A DNA stretch of 63,902 nt, counting the filler, from Welwitschia mirabilis (Eukaryota): NCBI GenBank assembly GCA_051453625.1. It is 4 parts of one record of this genome, joined end to end, with 100 filler letters (N's around TTAATTAATTAA, not from the genome) between each part and the next. Parts side by side here need not be neighbours in the genome. Positions count along the whole stretch, not along the records: positions 28,165 to 56,650 come from JBOZIK010000001.1; positions 56,751 to 61,989 come from JBOZIK010000001.1; positions 62,090 to 63,902 come from JBOZIK010000001.1; 1 more part is not named here. One strand, 5' to 3'. Both the position numbers and the translations under genes were made by a program. Shown here in pieces: positions 53,001 to 63,902 of this stretch; within the stretch, counting starts at the first letter, position 1; the number at the start of each line of letters is the position of its first letter. The notes under the pieces are model-generated. The model saw nothing but the letters and a program-made list of their open reading frames with translations, did no database searches and was not told the origin of the DNA.

Positions 53001-55139
53001 CTCATGAATTAATAATCAAGATGTTTGTAGCTTAACTGAATGATTATGGATTTGAATGATGGTCCTATAAATAATGGAATATAACAATACCAATAATAAT
53101 GAAAGCATGGTAATGAATATACATCATAAAAGACAATAAGTAAATGCAAACATATCAGAAACTTCAACATTTGTTTTAAGAAAAATTAAGGTTAAATTTT
53201 ATTAAGTTTTATTCAATTGTAAAAATAAAAGAAACATGTGAAACAAGCTAGATAAACTAAAAAAATATTCATATAATCATATTATAAAATAATATTACGT
53301 AAGAAAGTGAATCTAATAGATTTCATGAATGAAATACATAGATTGTTATATAGAAATTGGTAAGGCATTACATACATACAACACACTAATAAAGATAGAA
53401 CTGAAGCATAAGAAAGCTTTTACTCTAGACAAACGTAACTAAGATAAGAAGTAGGAAAGTGACAAAGATAAGAAGTCCACTACCATCTCCATTGTAATAC
53501 TTATGCTCAACAATAGAGGTTGAACACTAAAGACCACATCCAACTACATCACGATCTCACCTCAATCCATGTTTATGGAAGAAGAATTGAGTTATCGAAT
53601 GAAATGTATATGTCAATCTATGAATAGACTGAGACTACCTCTACATCTTGTATTCTATCTTATCCAAGTGCTGACCAATTCTATCAAAAGGGATATCATG
53701 CTGCTCAAGTTAAGGTCTAGGCAGTGGTTGCTGCTACTTCATGCTCTTAAAATTTCTCCACCTCTGAAAGCTATCTGGAATTAGTAGGAAAATGGAAAGG
53801 GTATCTAATATAACCAATTCTATAAAACTTAGGGTACTAATGGGTTATTACCTTCTAGATGGTAAAGAATGAAGGAATAGCAATAGAATATTAAGAAGAA
53901 CATACATGACAAACATGGATAAAGGTAAGAAAATAAACATAAAGAGCACATCCTTATCTACATTGTTGAAGGGCTCTTAAAAAAATAGGGAATACATGAG
54001 ATGTATGAGAAGTACTAGGATATTAGATATAATGTAACATGTAAGAGGTACATTAAATGACCTAAGATTAATAACAAGAAAACCATTATATAAATACTAG
54101 AATTGAGATTAAGATCTAGGATAGGTAATATCATGTTCAAAGAAGCATGTAAATCCATTAGTTCCCAGTTACTAGTGCAGTAAGGTATTTCTAATGTATC
54201 AACTATACTCTAGGGCACCATTCAATGGTAAGATCATCTACATTAGACTCCCCTATATTTTCATCTTTATCAAACTAGAGGTCTCAGAAAAACATGGATA
54301 TAGTGCCACTAGGATATAAGGCATAATCTAGATCAACTAACCAATCCCCTATCCAAACCCTAACTAATTCATCATCTTTGGGAGTAAAGACAGTAAAGAG
54401 CATAAAGTAAATAACTTCACCAATAAAATTATAGCATGAAAATCCAAGAATAAGTACAACACTAAGGAAAAGATGAAAGCAAAAAGCCAAATTAAGACTT
54501 ACTACTATTTTGGTAAAGCTTTAATATCTAAATTTGAAATCAACATGCAAATGTCTAGCTTATTTCTTAAAATGTTTGATACAAGAATGAGGTGTTAAAG
54601 TCAAAAAGAAGGATTTTATAATGAGATGATCATGTACTTTTATAAACATTACCGTTGGAACATTTTGAATAGTGTATTTTTGGTGCTATAGCACCATTAT
54701 TACATGATTTATTTGAAATTAAGATGGATTTTTATAGAAAATGAGTAGCATACGTTCAAAAAATGAATAAATAATGATAAAATTAAATTCAAATGTATTC
54801 TAGAACCTAGTTAACAATTTGTTATTCCCTTCAACTTGAATAAAAAATAAGATTTTTTAGGTGAAAAATACATAGCTTGGTCACAATTTACTAAGAGAAA
54901 AAAATAAAAAATAAAAAAACTCAAAAACAAAAGCTGAAAAAATTTTTGGGCTGATACTTTTTGGAAAACAAATAGAATTAGTCCTCCCTAAATTTTGTAA
55001 ACTTTCTCAATGTGATTACATGAAATCCATAGCTTTCATTTCATCATCTAAAAAATACCAATATTTTTAAAAGTTTTAAGAAAACTTGAAAAATAATTTT
55101 TTAAGATTTTATCACATTTACATCCAAGAGATGAATTAC

Positions 55140-56650
55140 AATAGATTTTGATCCCATTTAAATTTTGATCATTAAATAACTTGAGTTTAGATTCATTTAC
55201 ACATTAAACATGATCAGTTTTAGGTTCTTGAATGTCAGTAGTCCCAAAAGAAAACATAACAACACAGGGACCTTCCCATTTATATTTTAACTTTTCAATA
55301 AATAAATGAAAACAAGAATCAAAAAGAAAATTTTTATAACCTATATGAAAAGTTTTCTTAAGAATGATCTAATCATGATAATATTTCATTCATTCTTTAA
55401 CAAGAACTTAGTTATCATAAGTACTTAATCTTATTTCATCTAATTTATTTAATTAATCTAATTCATTTTTAGCAAATTTTTAAATCAAGATTAAGTTTTA
55501 AAATATCATCAAAAGCTTAATGTTATATCTTAATAGGAAGAAAACATTCTTTATCATAAATAATTTTGAAAGAAGTTATGTCAATCAGAGTTTTAAAAGC
55601 TATACGATAAGCCCATAAGACATCAAACAATTTTAGTAATCAATCTTTTCTATTATCACTAATTTTGTTTTGAAGAATTCTAATAAAATCATAGTTAGTT
55701 ACTTTATCTTGGCCATTAGTTTAAGGATGATATGTAGTAGCTATTTTATGGGTAATACCACATTTAAGTATAAGGTTTCTAAAATTTTTATTATAAAAAA
55801 TGGATTCCTTGATCACTAATGATTACTTTAAGATGATCAAAATGGAATATAACATAATATTTCAAAAATATAATAATAGAATTATCATTAAAATCTTTAT
55901 AAGATCTGGTTTTCACCCATTTAAAAACATAATCCACACAAATAAGAATATAAAAATTACCAAAGGAGGATGGAAATCATCCAAAAAAATCAATACCCCA
56001 AACATTAAAAGGTTCACAAACAATAATAGGTTCAAGACGTATTTTGTTTCTCCTACTAATAATACCTATTCTTTGGCATTTATCACATGATTTACAAAGT
56101 TTATTAACATCTTTAAAAATAGTAGGCCAAAATAAGCTAGCATTTAAAACATCTTACTAGGAAGTTTACCAGAGGATTTAAAATTTGCAATATTAGCATA
56201 CCAAGGTAAAACATTCACAGTAAATAAATTTTCATCAAGAAAATAATTTAAAATGAATTAATAGGCATAGAAAGATGAGATAAATAACTATAACTAGGTT
56301 TTTCCNNNNNNNNNNNNNNNNNNNNNNNNNNNNNNNNNNNNNNNNNNNNNNNNNNNNNNNNNNNNNNNNNNNNNNNNNNNNNNNNNNNNNNNNNNNNNNN
56401 NNNNNAATGAATTAATAGGCATAGAAAGATGAGATAAATAACTATAACTAGGTTTTTCCTTTATGATCTATCTTTAATTATAATATCAAATTCTTATAAA
56501 CATAAATCCCAATGCATAAGATGAGGTTACTTAAGGGCTTACTTAAGATGTATTTCAAAGCAACATGCTCAATATAGATAATTACAAGATAATTAATAAG
56601 ATAATGGTGAAATTTTTCAAAAGCAAAAATTATATCTAACATCTCCTTTT
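55140..56650 (-). mobile_element. Athila-type RNase H and integrase remnant
   Basis: KEMLDIIFAFEKFHHYL, PWYANIANF, EPFNVWGIDF, CVDYVFKWV, ATTYHP*TNGQ and KLKYKWEGP. Confidence 0.88.
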
Positions 56651-56694
56651 NNNNNNNNNNNNNNNNNNNNNNNNNNNNNNNNNNNNNNNNNNNN

Positions 56695-56706
56695 TTAATT
56701 AATTAA
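56695..56706. other. Artificial scaffold-joining linker
   Basis: N44-TTAATTAATTAA-N44. Confidence 0.95.
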
Positions 56707-57635
56707 NNNNNNNNNNNNNNNNNNNNNNNNNNNNNNNNNNNNNNNNNNNNCTGTGAACGCCTCACCTTATTTGTGAACAACCTGTGAAATCACTTACATT
56801 TCTGTGTGTATTGGGCTGTTGTTGAAACATGGGGTATGATGAAAATAGAAACAACTTTTGCAAGACTGTGAATCTAAGCCAGCATATCAATCTATTGATA
56901 AAACTCCGATTGAATTATCTCATTGTTTCATCAACCACTACCTCTACATTATTATTATAGTTGATCTTCTCAGTTCTCACAGTCTAGAGAGACAAGGAGT
57001 GATCTTATTTCTAAATTTTTGTTCAAACAATTTCTTGCTATTATTAGCTACAATTGTAAAACTAGAATTGAAATCAATCAAGTAAACTTTGTAACTCACT
57101 AAACCCTTCAAAAACCAGTGATTGGAGAAGCCCGAAATCTGTGAGTATGTGAAACTACAAAGATTTTTCCTTTTTTGCTTGGCTTTGCCATCCCAACTCT
57201 ATTTTTGGCATCTGTTTCTGGCGCATTGCTCTCTCTATCATGTGCCTTTTATAATTTTTCACTGTTAAAAAGTCGCGACTTTTTATCCACATGTCACAAA
57301 AAAGGGGGAAAAAGAAGGAAAAAAACCCTCAATTTTTGGTTAGTGACATGTTGTTGAGCTTTTGAATTTTTGTTTTAAAATGTCACCTCAACGATGATTT
57401 TTTCAGAAGATGTTTATAGGGCCATCATGTCGCCCTTTAAAAAATATTGGTGCCAAATTTCCCAAAGTTTGTTGGCTTCTGTAGTTGTGGGCTTATTTGT
57501 TGTAGATGTGAAATTAGTTTATTATCCTTTAGCAACAAATTCATTATATTTGCTTTAGATCCAATATGTTGCTACTACTGTGATGTTAATTGCATTTAAA
57601 TCCCACTCTATGTGACTTCCTTAGTTCATAATCCT

Positions 57636-58727
57636 AGTAGAAATCCAAATGATAAGCATTGAGATAGGAATGAGTTTATGAGATTAAAGGGTTGGAGAAC
57701 GTGTCTCAATGATGAGTTTAGATGCGAAATCAGAAAATAATTAAATCGAGGTAAACTAAGCTTTCATCTATATTGGGACGTCTGCCTTGTGCAATCTGGA
57801 CGTCTGACCCTGTGCTCGGTTTTCTCTATGGGGATGTCTGCACTTTGAAGTAGGGACGTCTACATCTATATTTGGTGATTTATATTGGGATGTCCGCCTT
57901 GTGAAGCCGGGATGTCCAACTTTGTATTCGGTCATTTGTATTGGGATGTCTGACTTGTGAAACCGGACATCCAAGATCTATATTTGGTCTATCAGAAATC
58001 AGAAGATTAAAATCGGGACATTCGAGACTCATCAATGGGATGTCTAGCCATGCCCCCACTGGTGTGGAAATATACCTGTTAAAGATGCCAGTTTGAAGAC
58101 TTCAATGTATCAATAGTTCTTTACTAGTCTGACACATCTTCCAACATTTATAATACATCTTACAAAGACCTAAACAACTATTTTTCTTTTGATCTCTATA
58201 AATATGTAATCATTCTTAGTATGGAATACCACTCTGATAGTCAAGAGGAAGATATACTACTATGGAATCACTCTGTGCTAAATTTGCATCATTCAAATCT
58301 TCTATTCTGCACTGAGAAATGCTTCTTTTTCAGAAGATATATTGTCTTGTAGTCAAAGCTGATGCACTGTGCTAATAGGTAGGCACTATACCATTAGACA
58401 AATCCATTTTGAAACTCTGTAAGAAGCTCAAGGAGTAGAGCTTGGCTTGAGGGTTAGTAAAAGCTCCTTGTGAGAGGGACTGTTGTATGTATGCTTTGGA
58501 GATGAGGAAACCAAAAGAGGCTGATAGTAGTTGCTGCCCCCAAGAGTGGAGTAGGCTTGGCCGAACCACTATAAAATCCTATGCACTTGATTGTTGTCTT
58601 GTTCTATCACATTTCAGCTATTAGTCTCATCATTGATTTTATTAATCTCATTTTCTGAAGTATGATACTATAAAAGTTTTATAAAACCCTATTCAATCCC
58701 CCTTTAGGGTGCCTCAAGATTCTAACA
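57636..58727 (+). mobile_element. 5' LTR of a Sirevirus-like Ty1/copia element (5' boundary uncertain)
   Basis: Palindromic repeats, CTCTATAAATA at ~58195, and an end CCCTATTCAATCCCCCTTTAGG...CTAACA immediately before a PBS. Confidence 0.75.
57767..57990 (+). repeat. Four ~56-bp tandem units, each with two GGACGTCC-like palindromes
   Basis: GGGA(C/T)GTC(C/T) at ~57774, 57830, 57887 and 57943, each followed ~21 bp later by a second copy. Confidence 0.85.
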
Positions 58728-58729
58728 AT

Positions 58730-58742
58730 TAGTATCAAAGCC
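58730..58742 (+). promoter_or_regulatory. tRNA-Met(i) primer binding site
   Basis: TAGTATCAAAGCC equals TGGTATCAGAGCC with two G>A changes, 2 bp after the LTR end. Confidence 0.85.
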
Positions 58743-58791
58743 TTGTGCTTTAGGTCTGCACATTTTGCTGTTTAGTGTAGGTACAAAATTC

Positions 58792-61700
58792 ATGGCACCC
58801 TTCAGTGTTTTAGGGTATCAAGAGGGTCAAGTTGTGTCCAAAAACACCCTTCTTCAATGGTAGCAATTATGCTCAGTGGAAATCCAGAATGAGTATTTTC
58901 CTAACTCCCCTAAATCCTGGTATTTGGGCTGTAGTGGAGCATGGTTATGCACCTCCAACAGAAATTGACTCGAATGGAAATTTGGTGCCGAAACCCAGAG
59001 ACAAATGGGACTTAGATGATAAATAGATAGTCTAGACTAATGCTCAGGCAATTGATGCCATCATCTACGCCTTGTCCACTAGAGAATATGATAGAGTAGT
59101 TTAGTGCTCAACTACAAAAGATATGTGGAACACATTGAAGGTAGCTCATGAAGGAACAAATATAGTTAAGAACTCAGAGTTACAACTCCTAGCCACCAAA
59201 TTTGAGAACATCAGAATGGAAGAATCAAAATCTGCAGCAGAATACACCATGAAAATTAGCAATATTGTTAATAGCATGTGGGGTCTAGGAGAAAGAGTTC
59301 CAGAAATTAGGGTAATGAGAAAAATTCTAAGGAGTCTGACTACAAAGTTCAGATCAAAGATCACTGCTATTGAAGAAAGCAAAGACATCGACAAGATGAG
59401 AGTTGAAGAAGTAGAGGGATCTTTAATGGCCTATGAAGCTACTCTTCTTCTCGAAGAAGAGCTGCCCAAGAAGAAAAGTATAGCTCTTAAAGCAACAATG
59501 ATAATAAAAAAGAAATATCAAGTGATGAAGAATATGATGATCTAGCCTTGCTGACACGAAACTTCGAGAGGTTCCTCAAAAAGAAGAAGGAAAGAAAGAA
59601 CTCAAAAGGAGGATTTCGAAGAACAAATGACAAAGGTAAGAATCCCTCTTCATCTATTCAATGTTATGAGTGGAAGGGATTTGGTCATGTTGCATCAGAA
59701 TGTGCTAACATGAAAAAGGAAAGAAAGTCCAAATTCAAGGGAAAGAAAGCCCTAAAAGCAACATGGGATGATGATTCTGAAAATGAAACTCAATCAAGTG
59801 ATGAAGAACCCTTAAACTTTAGGCTAGTGGCCATTCTTGATGAGGAGCATAGTTCAGAACACATAAGCCCCAATCCATGTACTGAACAAGCTGAGGTATG
59901 CTCAGAACTTGAAAATCTAATTGATAGTGATTCTGAGGATAATGACTTTTTTGATGCCTATGAGAAGTCACATAAAGTCCATCTAGAACTTGGTAAGAAA
60001 AATGTGTTCTTCAAAAACAAATTGCAGACGTAGAGCTAAAATTGAAGGTAGCTAACAACAAAGTAGAAGAATTATCTAAAGATTTGCAGGACTCAAGAAG
60101 GACAACTAAAAGATTGGTTCAAGGGAAGGACAATCTCAACTGACTATTAGGCATGGGAAGATCATCCCTTGACAAATCCAGGTTGGGAAGTCATTCAGGT
60201 GAGTCTCCTATCTTTCATTTTTTCAACCAAGTATGAAATTACAATCTTTTGCCAAAGTGAGTTTGAAGTGTTATTACTGCAATAAATATGGGCATATACA
60301 ATTCTCTTGTCCATACAAAAAATCCATGTACTTCGATTATGCAAGTGACAAGTTCAGATTTGTTAGCAAGACTATTCCTAAATCTTCGACTCAAAAAGGG
60401 TAAACCACCAAGCAATGGCTAAAAAAGAAAACAAGAGCCTTCTATCCTTTTTTCAAGAATACGACAGAGATAAAGTTACATTTGGAGACAACAACAAAGG
60501 TCATATAACAGGTAAGGGCTTTATCGCTGCCTCTAATCACCATCCTATTATAAATGATGTATATCTTGTGGATGGGCTGAAACATAATCTTCTTAGTATC
60601 GCTCAGATTTGCGATAGAGGCAATATAGTTTTTTTTTTTTTTACCATGACAAGTGCATTATTAAAAATGCTATAACCAACCAAGAAATTCTTACTAGTGC
60701 TAGATCCAAATGTATGTATGTTCTTGGTGGTGATGATAGAATAAATGAAGGTTGTTATATAGCCCAAACCAATGAAGTTGATTTATGGCATAGACGATTA
60801 GGGCACATGAATCTAAGAGATTTAAGAACAATTTCTTCAAAAGAAACAATTAAAGGTATTCCTAAACTGAATGGGTCTCAAGCAAAAGTTTGCAAAGCAT
60901 GTGTTAAAGGAAAATTGGTTAGATCTAGCTTTTCAAGCAAAGAGGATACTACTTCAAGTAAACCGCTAGATCTTATTCACATGGACTTAGTAGGACCAAT
61001 TCAAATAAGGAGTATTGGTGGAAGAAAGTATTTTCTTGTTATAGTTGATGATTTTTGCAGATTTTGTTGGGTTTGTTTTTTATCAAGTAAAGATGAAGCA
61101 TTTGATATGTTTTTCAAAGTTTGTAGGAGAATTCAAAAAGAACAAGGATACTATATCAAAACCATTAGAACCGATAGAGGAGGTGAGACTGACAATGAGA
61201 AATTTGAAACTTTTGCAGCACTAATGGAATTGATCATCAATTTTTAGCTCCTCGAATGCCTCAACAAAGTGGTGTGGTGGAAAGAAAAAATTGAGTTCTA
61301 ATTGAAATGGCTCAATTAGTGCTAAATAGACAATCTTTGCCATATCACTTTTGGGCAGAAGCAGTCAACACGACAAGCTACATTTCCAACATTTGTGTTT
61401 CTCCACAAAGAACTAAGAAAACAGCCTATGAACTTTGGTATGGATAAAGACCACATGTAAGTTACTTTAAAGTTTTTGGAAGCAAGTGTGCAGTTCTTGA
61501 GGATAAAGGACCTTTAAATAAATTTGACTCCAAATCAGATGAAGGCATTTTTCTTGGATACTCTTCTACAAGTAAAGTGTACAGGGTCTTTAATAAAGCT
61601 TCAAGTAAGATAGAAGAGTCAGGTTATGTTAAAGTTGATGATTTAAATGTAAGATCTGTTGTAGTAGACAGAAATGATGACATGGACTCCATATCTAAAA

Positions 61701-61989
61701 TTTCCATAACTAGCCCAACTTCTAACGATAACTCATCAACTTTTGAAGAGAGACTATCAACCTCTAACAACATTCAATCGTCGGAAGAGGCTCATACATT
61801 CCATTCTTGGCCTCAAAGAATCAAAAGAGATCATCCTATGGAGGTAGTAATAAGTGATCCCAATCTTGGCACCACAACAAGGAGTGGTAATCACATTAGT
61901 CCAAGTTTTCTTTGTTTTCTTTTTACTTTAGAACCAAAAAATTTTTTGGAAGCAGAGAAAGATGAAGCTTGGATGTTAGCAATGCAAAA
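58792..61989 (+). mobile_element. Ty1/copia gag-pol (gag, two zinc knuckles, partial protease, integrase, start of RT), disrupted
   Basis: PFFNGSNYAQWKSRM, HEGTNIVK, KITAIEE, CYEWKGFGHVASEC, CYYCNKYGHIQFSC, VTFGDN, LWHRRLGH, HMDLVGP, IVDDF, RTDRGGE, FWAEAVNT and EPKNFLEA. A few stops and frameshifts; cut by the linker. Confidence 0.96.
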
Positions 61990-62033
61990 NNNNNNNNNNN
62001 NNNNNNNNNNNNNNNNNNNNNNNNNNNNNNNNN

Positions 62034-62045
62034 TTAATTAATTAA
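62034..62045. other. Artificial scaffold-joining linker
   Basis: N44-TTAATTAATTAA-N44. Confidence 0.95.
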
Positions 62046-62089
62046 NNNNNNNNNNNNNNNNNNNNNNNNNNNNNNNNNNNNNNNNNNNN

Positions 62090-63800
62090 TAGGGATCGAG
62101 GGGGAGACCTTTATTTATAGATAGAAAAGGAAGGAAAACTGATAGAGAAGCATAGAAAAAACTCTAGCTAACATGCAAGGGAAAGTCGCAATAAATAGGT
62201 GACAACTCGAGAAAACATTCAGTAAAACTATGAGAAAACAGTATCATCTTGATAGTCATCTAGATGAAAGAGGAGACAATGAGGATTACTAATTAGAATT
62301 CTGAGTTTGCTTTAGTTTAACTCCTTGTTTAACTACATGTGAAGTACTATCAACTAGTTCTACAGATGTCGTCCACTAGTGACATCTAGACGATGAGGTG
62401 GATGACGATGTCTAGTAAATAGATCTTAGTTTATTTGGAAGTTATCTGGATGTGAACTCTGTCATTTTCTTAGTTGAAGTTGTCGTCCTGACTATCGTGT
62501 GGATGACGGAGGGGACGACAATCTTTTCTCGATCTTTTATCAGTGGAATTTCTTTGTCATCTACAAGAATCATGATCTAAAATAATATTTGTTCATATCT
62601 ATAGGAAATGCTTGTATTTTATTTGATATTTGCATGTTCTTGTACTTCTTGATTCTTGATTGTTATAAGAACTAAACATTTATTTTTTAATTCATCTGCA
62701 AAACAACTCAAAATACCTTATCAAATACATATAAGTTGGTTGCGCAACATAGCTTCCCACTTAGCCTTATCAGTCCCTGACAAACCAGGTAGTAAACCAT
62801 GTTTGTGAGCCAACTTTTCAATCAATGAAAACAACTAGGATAACTAAGGAAAGTATCTGAAATATATATATCAGTAATGAACTAAATTTCTAGGAATTTA
62901 AAAACTAAATAAAATACCTGTAGAGCATTAGAAGATTATCATTTGGTATGTTTTTTGGATGATAATATGGATGATAGGATTCTCAAAAGATTTTTAGTGT
63001 CTAGAACCTATGACAGAAATCAGATTTTGCATTTAATTATATAATTTGGATAAACAGCTCCTCTTGTAATAAATAGTTAATTATAATCATGAAAAAAATC
63101 AAGGAAGATTAGCAATAATGATAATCAAAAAAGTTGTATCGGAATTACTAAAAATATGTGCATCTCCTGCTCCCAAATTAAAATGTGCAATGCATCCTGA
63201 ATTGCCTAAACTAACAAAAAAAAAGAAAAANNNNNNNNNNAAAATGACTGAAATGAAAACTATTAATGTGTAAAGTTCTAAGACAAAAAAGAAAATGGGA
63301 AAATGACTAGAAAATAGTGGACATGAAAACAGAAGAAAAGTAGAAGGGAAATAGATGCAAGGAACAAAAAGAAGAGTGTTTACCTATTCTAAGTACTAAC
63401 GTAGCAAACTCTAAAGGAAAACATCATAACATTACTTGAGTAAATATGCATGACAAAATGTATTAACTCGATAAAGTTCATTTAAAAAGGGTAGTGGTTA
63501 TAGCAATATCCAAGGTGTCAAGTGTGTAGAACAATGAAGGTCAAAATCGAAAGTTACTTATAAATGAATTCATCTATTTCTACCTACAAACTCACCAAAT
63601 CTCTAAAAGTGAAATGATCAAGTGGGNNNNNNNNNNTGTCAGAGGAGTAAGGGCCTATGAAGGATGGCCAACTGACCCCTTAGTGGAGTTCCCATAACTA
63701 CCATATTACACTACTAAAGACTCCTCTCAGAAATATTTGCCCTGGTGTACTTGTGGTAGGACATCATGCTTTTCACTTTTCTTTCTTTTCTTTCTTTTCT
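62090..63800 (-). mobile_element. Athila-type 3' internal region, PPT (62750-62770) and start of the 3' LTR (62749 leftwards); a less decayed relative of 16650-21735
   Basis: Minus strand GATAAGGCTAAGTGGGAAGCTA-TGTTGCGC parallels 20140-20170. 63637-63770 parallels 16710-16830, and 63430-63520 parallels 17050-17130. Confidence 0.8.
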
Positions 63801-63902
63801 TTTCTTTTCTTTCTTTTCTTATTCTTTTTTTTTTTTTAACAAAAAGGATAATACCCGTAGAATCACAAACTTAAGAAGTACTAAGTTGAATAAGTAAAGA
63901 AA

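Noticed and set aside
47050-55100. Host genes or further plastid genes
   Set aside because: No credible ORF or exon structure. It looks like old LTR or retroelement-internal DNA that I cannot classify.
57767-57990. CRISPR-like array
   Set aside because: The units are degenerate tandem repeats with related spacers inside a copia LTR; there are no cas genes and the context is eukaryotic.

Overview
Very AT-rich, CpG-depleted plant nuclear DNA from a gapped draft assembly. Three artificial spacers (N44-TTAATTAATTAA-N44 at ~28.1, ~56.7 and ~62.0 kb) join at least four pieces. I see no intact host gene. Most of the window is decayed retroelements: several Athila-type Ty3/gypsy gag-pol remnants on both strands with LTRs, PBS and PPT; an L1 LINE ORF2 remnant; and one much younger Sirevirus-like Ty1/copia element (57.6-62.0 kb). 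The main feature is a ~12 kb pseudogenised nuclear insertion of plastid DNA (NUPT, ~35.2-47.0 kb). It carries clpP, rps12 exon 1, rpl20, rps18, rpl33 (tentative), psaJ and trnW in plastome order, then the 3' half of rpoC2, then rps7 and rps12 exon 3 with its intron. The clpP-rps18 block is present as several independently decayed copies. The plastid genes are very divergent, and clpP is intronless with long extensions. I infer a gnetophyte host (Welwitschia-like), which is not proven. I found no functional novel system. The most unusual object is the fossil clpP: it has a long repetitive N-terminal extension and appears to lack the catalytic Asp. All homology calls come from manual translation and motif recognition, and the boundaries of decayed elements are approximate.
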